Shown here one piece after another: positions 10,464 through 19,896 of a stretch of DNA of 64,000 bases. Position 1 is the first letter of the stretch; every line of letters starts with the position of its first letter. This DNA is from an uncultured Clostridia bacterium (GTDB taxonomy: Bacteria > Bacillota > Clostridia > Christensenellales > UBA1242), in contig CALWOU010000003.1 in assembly GCA_944383245.1 (NCBI GenBank), forward strand, positions 96 through 64,095, given 5' to 3'. The position numbers and the translations under genes are program-made. The notes below the pieces were generated by a model that had not been told where the DNA came from, did not search any database, and saw nothing but the letters and a program-made list of their open reading frames with translations.

Positions 10464-11108
10464 TTAAGCGCCCACTGCTGCGTCAACAGCGGTAAGAGTC
10501 CAAGTAACACCGCCACTAAGTGTTGCATTTTGATCTACATCTGCAACAGCGATGTTAACATAGATTACAAGCTCTTGACCAGGAGCAACTTCAACACCTT
10601 CTGTAATGTTCAAAGTTTCAACACCGCCATCAGCTAACTTATATTGATAAGTTACATTTAAATTATCTTTTACTAAACTAGCTTCTGCTCCGGTTACTTT
10701 AAATGTAACAGCAGGATCATTTCCTCCTAAACCATCATTGGTGTTTATTATAAAATATCTGAACAAAATACTTCGCTCTTGAGAAGTGAAAATTATATCA
10801 GACACTTGGTTGAATGAACTATTCGCTGAACCTGTTGCTTGGCTAGCAGTAAATGTAATTTTGTTTAGGCTATCACCTGTAGTTAAATCAGTATAACCTT
10901 CAGCTTCTTTTTCATCTGTAGTTAAACCACCCATTTTATAATCTCCGGTGATTGTAGCATCAACGTTGTATGCTATATAACTACCAGAGAAGTTACTTCC
11001 AACTTGAGCACGACCTGCTGCCCAAACTGCGACAATTGTTACAACTGCCACTAGTAGCACAACGCAAACTGCTGTGATAGAGATTGCTATCTTTTTTCTA
11101 GATGTCAT
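10464..11108 (-). CDS. secreted/anchored beta-rich protein, candidate SipW substrate (TasA/camelysin-like by context only)
   Basis: Start set to 'MTSRKK' (ATG 11108, AAAAGGAGA RBS). N-terminal 'KKIAISITAVCVVLLVAVVTIVAVWAAG' signal/anchor. Sits immediately upstream of the S26 peptidase on the same strand. Confidence 0.55.
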   Translation of the reverse strand: MTSRKKIAISITAVCVVLLVAVVTIVAVWAAGRAQVGSNFSGSYIAYNVDATITGDYKMGGLTTDEKEAEGYTDLTTGDSLNKITFTASQATGSANSSFNQVSDIIFTSQERSILFRYFIINTNDGLGGNDPAVTFKVTGAEASLVKDNLNVTYQYKLADGGVETLNITEGVEVAPGQELVIYVNIAVADVDQNATLSGGVTWTLTAVDAAVGA

Positions 11109-11428
11109 ATATCTTCTCCTTTTTTTTATTCTTGATCCCAAAGTTTGCGAGATGACAGCAAACTTCCCTACCCAACCAATGTTTTTAAAGAACATTAAAA
11201 CTTATTAATTTTTAATGAAACGACCTACTTTCAATTATCCTTTGCTAGGAATTTAAGAATTAGCCATTTCATATCATCAAATAATGTATACCTATAAATA
11301 GACATACTTATTTGATAATACCTACGATGATTATACCTAATTTAAAATTATTTTGCAAATATTTTTAAATAAAATGCAAAATTTTGTAAAATTTTTTTAT
11401 AAAGTGAATATTAAAAGCAAATTTGGTA

Positions 11429-11457
11429 TTGACAAATTTATGCTTTTAGACTAGAAT
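11429..11457 (+). promoter_or_regulatory. sigma-70-type promoter (TTGACA-17-TAGAAT)
   Basis: ttgaca 11429-11434, 17-nt spacer, tagaat 11452-11457. Confidence 0.5.
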
Positions 11458-11463
11458 TATGAT

Positions 11464-11523
11464 ATGTTAAGCATAATAGTTATTGGATACATTATTGGAT
11501 TAATCTTCTTTCCTAACAAATAG
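11464..11523 (+). CDS. possible leaderless 19-aa hydrophobic peptide MLSIIVIGYIIGLIFFPNK
   Basis: The ATG lies 7 nt after the -10 element, so no room for an SD. Single hydrophobic helix. Speculative. Confidence 0.2.
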   Translation: MLSIIVIGYIIGLIFFPNK

Positions 11524-11754
11524 GAATTGGTTTTTAAAAAAATACATTTGTTTTAAATTAAAAAAATAGTTGTTTTAAAAATATAACAAGCATTTTAGCG
11601 AATAGAGATTTTAACTCAAAAATAAACATTCTAAATCAATATAGTTATCATTGACAAATGTAGAATTACACCTTGTAAAATTCGATTTTAATAAAAAAGA
11701 GCGCAATTTATGTAACCTTATTAGGAAACTTTATTAGCACTCTTTTTTATTTTG

Positions 11755-12183
11755 TTAAATTTGATTTGTTTGTGTTTCTTGCAAAGCAAGTTGACGCAAT
11801 TTTTCGTTAATTTCAATGTTTAAAATTTTGTTGTAAATTTTTAACGAGTCGGCTGAAGCGGATTTTGATAATTTGAAAAACAAATTTCCGCACTTTCTTA
11901 AATTTTCCAAATTTTCAACTGTGTAAAACTCATCTGGAAGGTCGATAAAATAACCGTAATCTGAACAATTTGTGAAAGTTCCAGAACTGATTTCTTTTCT
12001 TGTAAATCTGATTTTTGAATATCTCATAGTGCTGTGACTAGGTCTAGCAGAAAGTTGCAAATGTCCTTTTGCAAAATCATTAAAGAAAGTGATGATTTGT
12101 TGTTTTTCTTCGTCTGTCATTTTATCTTTTACAACAGGTACTACAATGTTTTGTCTGCTTCTTTTAATTCTACGTTTTGCCAT
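11755..12183 (-). CDS. hypothetical protein (142 aa, basic N-terminus)
   Basis: Intact ORF with AGGAGG RBS. No family recognised. Confidence 0.6.
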   Translation of the reverse strand: MAKRRIKRSRQNIVVPVVKDKMTDEEKQQIITFFNDFAKGHLQLSARPSHSTMRYSKIRFTRKEISSGTFTNCSDYGYFIDLPDEFYTVENLENLRKCGNLFFKLSKSASADSLKIYNKILNIEINEKLRQLALQETQTNQI

Positions 12184-12404
12184 AAATCCTCCTAAACTTT
12201 AATTAATTTTAACTTGAAAATTCAATTTGTCAATAGAAAAATTAAAAAATTGTTTGAAAAATTAGTAAAAAACTTAAATTTTTAATAAATTTCATACATT
12301 TTTATAAAATTTTTACTATTTTTTTATTTTAACACATACGTTTTGATTACAATGTTTTTTACTAAGAAAATATTCAAATGTTTTAAGTTTAATAAATATT
12401 GGCA

Positions 12405-12752
12405 TTATTTTCTTGCCAACACGAGCGCAACTGCGTAATTTTTTGAGTGTGAGATTGAGATTTCAATTTGTTTCACACCACAAATTTTCATTATCTCTTT
12501 TAAATATTCATTTTCAACTAGATAAGGTTTTCCGCTCTTTTCGTGGTCAGTTTCAATTTTATTAAACACGATATCATTTTTATTTAGCGCTTTTACTAAG
12601 GCTTCACGCACGCAATAAAATCCACATAGGTGTTCGGGTGGATTTTTTCTTGATTTTGCATACTCAAGTTCTTTCAAACTCATTATTCGCAAAAATTCTT
12701 TATCACTCCAACTATTAAATCTATCTATCTCTTCAATGTCTATTCCTATCAT
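12405..12752 (-). CDS. acpS: holo-[acyl-carrier-protein] synthase
   Basis: 'MIGIDIEEIDRF', 'REALVKAL', 'ISISHSKNYAVA'; ~115 aa, typical AcpS. Confidence 0.88.
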   Translation of the reverse strand: MIGIDIEEIDRFNSWSDKEFLRIMSLKELEYAKSRKNPPEHLCGFYCVREALVKALNKNDIVFNKIETDHEKSGKPYLVENEYLKEIMKICGVKQIEISISHSKNYAVALVLARK

Positions 12753-12908
12753 AATTCTCCTTAATCCGTTAATAGATTTTGATTATATTTTTTTATAAAT
12801 AATGAAAAAATTTAAAAAATCACTATCTAACAAATTTAAATAATTAATATTGTTAAAAATTAAATAGGATTTTTAATTTTTTCATAAATTCTAAAAACAC
12901 TTTTAGTT

Positions 12909-13520
12909 TTAATCAAAATTTTCCTCATCAAAATTTAAAGTTTTTAAAACTGAATTTATGCTATCCCAACTATAACCTAAATATGTTAAGCGCCTTATGA
13001 GTTTTTCGCGCGTTTTTTGGTCCATTATCTTATTTTTTAAAAATTTTTTTGCGTTAGTTAGGCAACTATCTTCATCTTCCAAATCGTTCAGTTTATCGTC
13101 TATTAAATCTTTGCTTATGCCTGACATTATGAGTTTTTGCTTTAACTTATTTTTGCTAAAATTTGGATTGGATTTTATATAACTTTCCATATAGATTTTA
13201 TCATCAATCACACCATATTCTTTTAACTTTTCAATAACAGGCAAAATTGTTGCTTTTTTAAATTCCTTTTTATACAAATAATCGCGAATTTGCTTTTCAG
13301 TTTTTAGTTTGCTAGACGCATATTTCACTGCCACATTAAAAGCAATTTTTTCCATACTTTCTTTCACTGCTCTTTTAAATTTTTCATCATCAATTTCGCC
13401 ATTGACTAACGAATATTTAACAATGATTTCACTAAACAAATCATACTCGCCAATATCAGTGCTAGCAACAAAAACATTTGCATCTTTTTTGCTTTTTAAT
13501 TTCAAACTTAAAATTTTCAT
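12909..13520 (-). CDS. recX: RecX-like regulatory protein
   Basis: ~200 aa of helical repeats, 'EKQIRDYLYKKEF', 'LIRRLTYLGYSWDSI'. Start ambiguous (TTG 13559 vs ATG 13520). Confidence 0.6.
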   Translation of the reverse strand: MKILSLKLKSKKDANVFVASTDIGEYDLFSEIIVKYSLVNGEIDDEKFKRAVKESMEKIAFNVAVKYASSKLKTEKQIRDYLYKKEFKKATILPVIEKLKEYGVIDDKIYMESYIKSNPNFSKNKLKQKLIMSGISKDLIDDKLNDLEDEDSCLTNAKKFLKNKIMDQKTREKLIRRLTYLGYSWDSINSVLKTLNFDEENFD

Positions 13521-13903
13521 AATTAAATTATAGCAAAAAATTTTAGTTTTGTTAAACAAATTTAAACAACTAAAAAATTATAATAATTTTGAGAATTTGC
13601 AAAAAATTTTTTAAAAATTCAAAAATAACGTTATGTTTATTGAAAATTTAGCAAAAATTTGTCGATTTTAAATAAATTTTTTAATTTTTTTATGTAGTTT
13701 TAAATTTATTTTTATCTTTCTATTTAAATTTGTCATCTATGTAAATTTTTTTTAAAGTTTGATTTTTATTTCTATCATTGTTTATATATACAATTTTTGT
13801 ACGATAAAAAATGGTTTATTTTTATAAAAATATATCAATTTAATTTTAACTTTTTGTTTTTATGTGGTATAATAATTATATTAAATTAAAAGGGGAAATA
13901 TTT

Positions 13904-15166
13904 ATGAAAATTAAATCTATTGTGGCTTATGAAATTATTGATAGCAGAGGCAACCCAACCGTTGAATGTGAGGTTACATTGATTGATGGAACAACTGCGC
14001 GTGCGTGTGTTCCAAGTGGCGCATCAACAGGCGAACGTGAGGCGCTTGAGTTACGAGATGGTGGAACTAGATTTCACGGAAAAGGTGTAACTAAAGCGTG
14101 TGAAAATGTTAACAAAATTATTGCAAAAAAATTGGTTGGAATGGATGCTAGCAAGCAGTCTTTAATCGACCAAACTATGATTGACCTAGACGGCACTGAA
14201 TTTAAAACAAAATTAGGTGCAAATGCTATGTTATCAGTGAGCCTTGCTGTGGCACGTGCGAATGCGAAAAGTAAGAATAAAGAATTGTATCAAACTATAG
14301 GAAAAGGCACCACTCTTCCACTTCCTATGATGAACATTATAAATGGTGGTGCGCACGCAGATTCGAATGTGGATTTCCAAGAGTATATGATTGTTCCAAT
14401 TGGTGCAAAAACTTTTAAGCAAGCAATGCAGTTTGCAAGCGAAACTTTTATGGAATTGAAGAAAGTTTTAAAGCAAAAAGGTTATTCAACAGGAGTTGGC
14501 GACGAGGGCGGATTTGCACCTAACTTTAAAAATAACACCGAACCACTTGACGCAATAGTTTTAGCAATCACAAACGCAGGCTACATCCCAGGAAAAGACA
14601 TTGCAATTGCGCTAGATGTTGCTTCAAGCGAGTTTTATAACAAGGAAACAAAAAAGTACGAACTTATTAAAAGCAAAGGCGGAAGCCTAACATCAAATGA
14701 GATGATAAAATGGTATAGCAAACTAATTAAGGACTACCCTATCATTTCTATTGAGGACCCGCTTAGCGAAAACGATTGGAATGGCTGGATTAAAATAACT
14801 GAAAAACTAGGCAAAACTATTCAACTTGTTGGTGATGATGTGTTTGTTACTAATCCTAAAATATTCAAAGAGGGAATTGAAAAAGGAGTTGCAAACGCAA
14901 TTTTAATTAAACTCAATCAAATCGGAACACTCACTGAAACGTTAGATACCATTCGCCTTGCAAAAGAAAATGGCTATAATACAATCATTTCACATAGAAG
15001 TGGCGAAACTGAGGATACATTTATTGCCGACCTTTCGGTTGCTGTGGATGCTGGTCAAATAAAAACAGGTTCAATCTGCAGAACAGATAGAGTTTGCAAA
15101 TATAATCAACTAATACGCATAGAAAGAAAATTAAAGCAAAAAGCCAAATTTAACACAAAAATTTAA
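13904..15166 (+). CDS. eno: enolase
   Basis: '[13 protein letters not shown]', '[15 protein letters not shown]', 'GQIKTGS'. Start at ATG 13904 after GGGG RBS; the track ORF starts upstream. Confidence 0.97.
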   Translation: MKIKSIVAYEIIDSRGNPTVECEVTLIDGTTARACVPSGASTGEREALELRDGGTRFHGKGVTKACENVNKIIAKKLVGMDASKQSLIDQTMIDLDGTEFKTKLGANAMLSVSLAVARANAKSKNKELYQTIGKGTTLPLPMMNIINGGAHADSNVDFQEYMIVPIGAKTFKQAMQFASETFMELKKVLKQKGYSTGVGDEGGFAPNFKNNTEPLDAIVLAITNAGYIPGKDIAIALDVASSEFYNKETKKYELIKSKGGSLTSNEMIKWYSKLIKDYPIISIEDPLSENDWNGWIKITEKLGKTIQLVGDDVFVTNPKIFKEGIEKGVANAILIKLNQIGTLTETLDTIRLAKENGYNTIISHRSGETEDTFIADLSVAVDAGQIKTGSICRTDRVCKYNQLIRIERKLKQKAKFNTKI

Positions 15167-15385
15167 AAAATTTCTTAAATTTTCATATTTTTAACATTGT
15201 TTTTGTAATTTTTTCATAAATTTTTGCAAATTTTTAATAATTTTTATAACTTTTTATATTTTTAATTCATAAATTGTTTTTTTGATGAAATAAGTTGAAA
15301 AACGTATTACACATTAATATTTTTGATAATTTGTTCATTTACAACAATAAATTTTAATTAGTTATTTTAAACGAAAAGGAATTTT

Positions 15386-16042
15386 ATGATAATTTCAATC
15401 GATGGACCCGCTGGGAGTGGAAAGTCTACTGTTGCATCAATACTCGCCAAAAAATTAGGATTTATTCATTTCAATTCGGGGTCGCTTTACCGCGCTATAA
15501 CCGCGTATTTAATCGCAAACAATGTTGACGTTAAAAATCTAAGCAACTCTTCTCTTCTAAAAGATTTAAAATTAGAAGTGAAGTTTTTGTTTGACGAGCA
15601 ACACGTTTTTGTAAATGATATTGACTACACAAACGATTTAAGAAACACCACCGTTTCAACGCTCACTCCTATTGTTAGCATTCAACCAAAAGTTAGGTCT
15701 ATTGCGGATAATGCTCAGCGAAAAATCGCAAAGACGAATAATTTAGTTATTGACGGGCGCGATATTGGTAGTTACGTTTTTCCAAATGCTGAAATAAAAT
15801 TTTATCTTGATTGCGATATAACAGAACGCGCAAGGCGAAGAAAAAAAGAATTGAAAAATGAAAGTTTAACCTTAAAAGAAATTGAAAAAATGTTGCTTGA
15901 GCGCGACACGTTTGATAAAAACAAAAAGATTGCCCCTCTAGTTATTCCAAATGGCGCTATTATAATTGACTCAACAAATTTAAATATTGACCAAGTTGTT
16001 AACAAAATGTTAAAACATATAAAAATTGAAAAAATTTCTTAA
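15386..16042 (+). CDS. cmk: cytidylate kinase
   Basis: 'IISIDGPAGSGKSTVA', 'VIDGRDIGSYVFP'; size 218 aa. Confidence 0.92.
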   Translation: MIISIDGPAGSGKSTVASILAKKLGFIHFNSGSLYRAITAYLIANNVDVKNLSNSSLLKDLKLEVKFLFDEQHVFVNDIDYTNDLRNTTVSTLTPIVSIQPKVRSIADNAQRKIAKTNNLVIDGRDIGSYVFPNAEIKFYLDCDITERARRRKKELKNESLTLKEIEKMLLERDTFDKNKKIAPLVIPNGAIIIDSTNLNIDQVVNKMLKHIKIEKIS

Positions 16043-16289
16043 AAACTTAAATTTTTTTAAATATTTTTAACACTTTTTAAATTTTTTTTCGTTTTAAATA
16101 AATTTTTTTAAAATTTTAAAAAATAGTTATAATACTTTTAGTTAAAAACATTATGAATTTTAATTAATAAAGAAATATCAATTTAAAATAAAATCATTTA
16201 TATGTTTAAAAAGGTTTGTTTAATCAAAGTAAAACAACCTATTTGGGTAACCAAATTTCTCTATTACAGATTTATTTTTAAATAAGGTA

Positions 16290-16318
16290 TTGACAACACA
16301 CCGTTTTCGTGTTACAAT
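16290..16318 (+). promoter_or_regulatory. consensus promoter (TTGACA-17-TACAAT) with no annotated gene
   Basis: ttgaca 16290-16295, tacaat 16313-16318. The spacer holds the inverted repeat 'aacac..gtgtt'. Confidence 0.5.
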
Positions 16319-16488
16319 CGCAAGACTGATAGAATTTTGCTGATTTTGAATTAATAGACTAAATAGTCAGTCGGATGAAAACTAATAAAAAATTAAAAAA
16401 ATTTATCATTTGTGCGGCTTTTATGGCATTTTTCGATAAATTTTGCGTGATTTTATAAGTTTTACATTAAAAATTTTAAAAATCAGTA

Positions 16489-16517
16489 TTGACAATCAGT
16501 CGAATCTATATTATAAT
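16489..16517 (+). promoter_or_regulatory. consensus promoter (TTGACA-17-TATAAT) for the 16551 gene
   Basis: ttgaca 16489-16494, tataat 16512-16517. GGAGG RBS before ATG 16551. Confidence 0.65.
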
Positions 16518-16550
16518 CTTTTTAGAAAAAAGATATTTGGAGGGGTCAAT

Positions 16551-18566
16551 ATGAGGACTAGCCTAATTACAACCGGCAACTTAATTGCTTTATATAATGG
16601 ATATTTGCGTAATGATACCGCAACAGATTTTTTAAACTATTTAGCGAGCAACAATTACTTGGTTGCTGTAAATGGCAACTCTTTACAATTTGAAAATGCT
16701 GAGTTTCCACCAGCAACAACTGACTTAAACTATCAAATTGATAATCCTACTCATAGAGAAAAATTAGGTGAATTATTTGATTTTATTGCCGAATATGATG
16801 AAAGTGTTCAAGATTTGATAGGCACAACAACAAAGGAAGAAGTGTTGCAAGACATTGAGGCTAACGCATTTGTAAATAGTTATAAACTTGACACTTACTA
16901 TCACGAAAAACTTTTTGAAAAGTATAAGCTTGGCGATAAAAATCCAAAACTAGATAAAATGAAGAGAAAAACCACTTGGGTTGCTAAAAAATTTGTTATT
17001 CCTACATTAATAACCGCAGCAATAACCACAGCAGTCGGCGCAACTATCGCTTTAATACCAGCCCTTGCAGGTACGTCAATATTTTGGTCAGGAAATGTTC
17101 TTGTTGGAATACGATCTCTTGGTCAATTAGGTCTATTGAGTGGATTAATTGGAACACCAACATTTATTTTAGGAAAAGATCTTATAAATTGGTTAGTTTA
17201 TAAAAGATATTCTAATGAAAACCAATTAGAAACTCTTAAAAAATCTGATGTTAAAAATGTTAATGATATTAATTCTTTAAATCTGGGTATTGTGAATTTA
17301 ATTAAAAACTTTAAAGAGGACCAAGAAATTATTGATGAATGCAGAAAATCAAAAAATCCATTCAAACGTTTAAATGGTTATATTCATAGAAAATGGAATA
17401 GAAATAAATTGCACTCCCTAACCGCTTTCACAAGAGATTTTTTAAAAGTTTACAACTCAACAGTTGATGCTAATGATAGAGCGAAATACGCTGCATACTT
17501 AGAATATATTGAAAATTTCTGCAATGAAGTTTACACTAAAGACGAACAACAAGCCCTAAGAAATAAGAAAAGAGGCAAAACTTCTAAGAGATTATATGCA
17601 GATATCTTTGTTAGAGAACTTATTCCTTATCTTGACAATGAAGATCAATCTCGTAGAAAATCTAAAGCAAAATCAATAAAACGTGCAGTGACAGCCCGCC
17701 GAGAACTAGCAAAAGCAACTCTTGGAGATGAAACTGCAAGACCTATTAAATTAATTGAAAAACAACCTTCTGGCAATGAACCAGTGCGTAGAAATCGCAC
17801 AGTTAATATACCATCAACTCCTACACCAAACCCAGATAGAAAACTATTACCATCCCGTGGTATTATATATCTTCCTGGTGAGATCGCAAAAGAGCCTACT
17901 TCTAAGAAAGTTAAAGACCCTACATCTGTTGAATACACAATGAGTGGAAATGGTTATGATATTGTTATGCAAGATACCCCAACTCAGCAACAATCAAATA
18001 ATTCAACTAAACAACCTGCAAAAACAACAACTCCAACTCAACCAAAAGTTAGCCCAACTCAACCGACAAACACTCAACCACCTGTTAAACCAACCAAACC
18101 TTTAATAAAAACCAAAGAAGAAGAGGTTAAATCGACAAAAACAATAGAATCAGATAAAAAAGTTTTGGAATTTTTAAGCGGTTATTATGATCCTCAAAAG
18201 GATAAGTTCAGAGACGACAAAGATATTAAAGACAATATGGAACTTTTTGACGAAACTATTAGCGAAATGACAAAAGGTGCTTTATCTCCAAAAGAAGTGG
18301 CAGATTTTAGAAAATCAATTAAAGATGCACAAGGAAAAACGGGTAAATTTGGAGAATCTCTCACTTGGCACACAGCAAAGGCTACTCGAACAAAATTAAA
18401 AAGAAAACAATATGAGTTACTTTATAAATTAAGTAAAATCGATGAAAAATTTGGAATTAGTGATGCTGATTATTATACAAATGAAATAACAAAATTAATT
18501 ACAGAAATTGAACAAGAAAAAGCATTAAGAGCACAAAAGACACAAAGCAAAACAAATAATATATAA
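16551..18566 (+). CDS. large hairpin-anchored membrane protein with K/E-rich and P/T/Q-rich regions
   Basis: Start at ATG 16551 (GGAGGGG RBS). Two adjacent G/A-rich TM helices ('IPTLITAAITTAVGATIALIPALAGTS...LGLLSGLIGTPTFILG'), then basic coiled region and 'PTQPKVSPTQPTNTQPPVKPTKP'. Confidence 0.7.
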   Translation: MRTSLITTGNLIALYNGYLRNDTATDFLNYLASNNYLVAVNGNSLQFENAEFPPATTDLNYQIDNPTHREKLGELFDFIAEYDESVQDLIGTTTKEEVLQDIEANAFVNSYKLDTYYHEKLFEKYKLGDKNPKLDKMKRKTTWVAKKFVIPTLITAAITTAVGATIALIPALAGTSIFWSGNVLVGIRSLGQLGLLSGLIGTPTFILGKDLINWLVYKRYSNENQLETLKKSDVKNVNDINSLNLGIVNLIKNFKEDQEIIDECRKSKNPFKRLNGYIHRKWNRNKLHSLTAFTRDFLKVYNSTVDANDRAKYAAYLEYIENFCNEVYTKDEQQALRNKKRGKTSKRLYADIFVRELIPYLDNEDQSRRKSKAKSIKRAVTARRELAKATLGDETARPIKLIEKQPSGNEPVRRNRTVNIPSTPTPNPDRKLLPSRGIIYLPGEIAKEPTSKKVKDPTSVEYTMSGNGYDIVMQDTPTQQQSNNSTKQPAKTTTPTQPKVSPTQPTNTQPPVKPTKPLIKTKEEEVKSTKTIESDKKVLEFLSGYYDPQKDKFRDDKDIKDNMELFDETISEMTKGALSPKEVADFRKSIKDAQGKTGKFGESLTWHTAKATRTKLKRKQYELLYKLSKIDEKFGISDADYYTNEITKLITEIEQEKALRAQKTQSKTNNI

Positions 18567-18594
18567 AAAATCGAGCGATATGCTCGATTTTTTT
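18565..18594. terminator. rho-independent terminator (bidirectional shape)
   Basis: 'aaaaaa tcgagc gatat gctcga ttttttt'. Confidence 0.8.
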
Positions 18595-18700
18595 GTGTTA
18601 TCAAATTGTTAAGAATAAAATTTATTAAAAACAAATATATGTTATTGATTTATTACATATTATTTCATTATTTAATTTTACTTTTAAATTAAATTGCTTT

Positions 18701-19240
18701 TTAGTAATTTTGGCAATCGATTTCGAAGTAACTTTGCGGATGAGAGCAAACAGGGCAAACTTTTGGAGCAGTTTTGCCAACGTGTTTGTGACCACAATTT
18801 CTGCACACCCAAACAACAGCCTCTTTCTTAACAAAGCATTTTTTCTTTGTTACGTTTTCTAAAAGAGCATTATATCTTGCCTCATGCTCTGCTTCGATTT
18901 TTGCAACACCTTCAAAAAGTTTTGCAATAGCTAAGAAACCTTCTTTTTTAGCAGTTTTTGCAAACTCTGCATACATATCTGTCCACTCATAGTTTTCTCC
19001 TGCTGCTGCGTCTTTTAAATTTGTGATAGTGTCTGGCACAGCGCCATCGTGCAAAAGTTTGAACCACATTTTAGCGTGCTCTTTTTCGTTGTTGGCAGTA
19101 AGTTCAAAAATGCTTGCGATTTGCTCGTAACCTTCCTTCTTTGCTTGGCTAGCATAGAAAGTATATTTATTTCTTGCTTGGCTTTCTCCTGCGAAAGCGG
19201 TCATCAAATTCTTCTCTGTTTGACTACCTTTTAATTGCAT
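18701..19240 (-). CDS. rbr: rubrerythrin
   Basis: Ferritin-like 'EKEHAKMW', 'AEHEARY' plus C-terminal rubredoxin-like 'CRNCGH...CPVCSHP'. Start at '[12 protein letters not shown]' after AGGAGG. Confidence 0.92.
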   Translation of the reverse strand: MQLKGSQTEKNLMTAFAGESQARNKYTFYASQAKKEGYEQIASIFELTANNEKEHAKMWFKLLHDGAVPDTITNLKDAAAGENYEWTDMYAEFAKTAKKEGFLAIAKLFEGVAKIEAEHEARYNALLENVTKKKCFVKKEAVVWVCRNCGHKHVGKTAPKVCPVCSHPQSYFEIDCQNY

Positions 19241-19401
19241 AATTTTTCCTCCTAAATGAATTTTAACAATACAATTATACATAAAACAAAATATAAAATC
19301 AATCGTTTTATTGTTGTCTATGTAAAAATTTTTTGTTTTTTTAATTTGAATTTATTATTTATTTTTATTCTCCGTTTTAGTTTTTCTTAATATTTGCTTT
19401 C

Positions 19402-19740
19402 TTGGACTACCTCTCCGTCAACTTCACTACGTTTCGTTGCCACCTCCCCAAACACCACCCCTCTGCGACTTTGTCTTACGGGGACCCCGTCGGGGAGGCA
19501 AGAATTAATATACTCTATCTATCTGCTATAAACCGAGTTGTTAGCAATCTTTATTGTGGACTTATACTTTGTCTGTAAACTTTGCTTATTTAGGATGCTA
19601 CACTTTGCTCACTAATTTTAAATATTCTAAATCATCCTTAATTCTTGGCTCCCCGATGGGGTTCCCCGTAAGACAAAGTCGCAACGGGGTGGTGCTTGGG
19701 GAGCTGGCAGTTCGTAGAACTGACTGAGAGGTAGTATCAG
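19402..19740. repeat. GC-rich ~105-nt imperfect inverted repeats flanking a 131-nt AT-rich core (MITE-like element or structured RNA)
   Basis: Left arm 19402-19507 ('...ccacctccccaaacaccacccctctgcgactttgtcttacggggaccccgtcggggaggcaagaatta'). It is the near reverse complement of right arm 19639-19740. Confidence 0.8.
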
Positions 19741-19896
19741 TAAAATACCTTATTCATTTATATGTTAATAGTCGTTAATACTCCTACTTTGACAGGTTCC
19801 TCGCAATGCATCATCGCAGTGAGGTGGTGCTTAAAAAGTTGTGTAACAGCAGAGCGACAGATATATTATTTAATATAAATTAGTTAAATAAGTCAA

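Noticed and set aside
13862-16550. N-terminal extensions in track ORFs (eno from 13862, membrane protein from 16443; likewise 18701..19282, 44315, 47247, 52689, 54938 and 62587)
   Set aside because: In each case an internal ATG is preceded by a strong GGAGG-type RBS and matches the conserved N-terminus. The upstream extension overlaps the promoter or -10 sequence.
19402-19740. GC-rich inverted repeat as 6S RNA, tRNA or retron msr/msd
   Set aside because: It is too long and too symmetric for 6S RNA as I recall it (about 190 nt). It has no cloverleaf and no T-loop. No reverse transcriptase gene is nearby. It is kept as an unexplained repeat or structured element.
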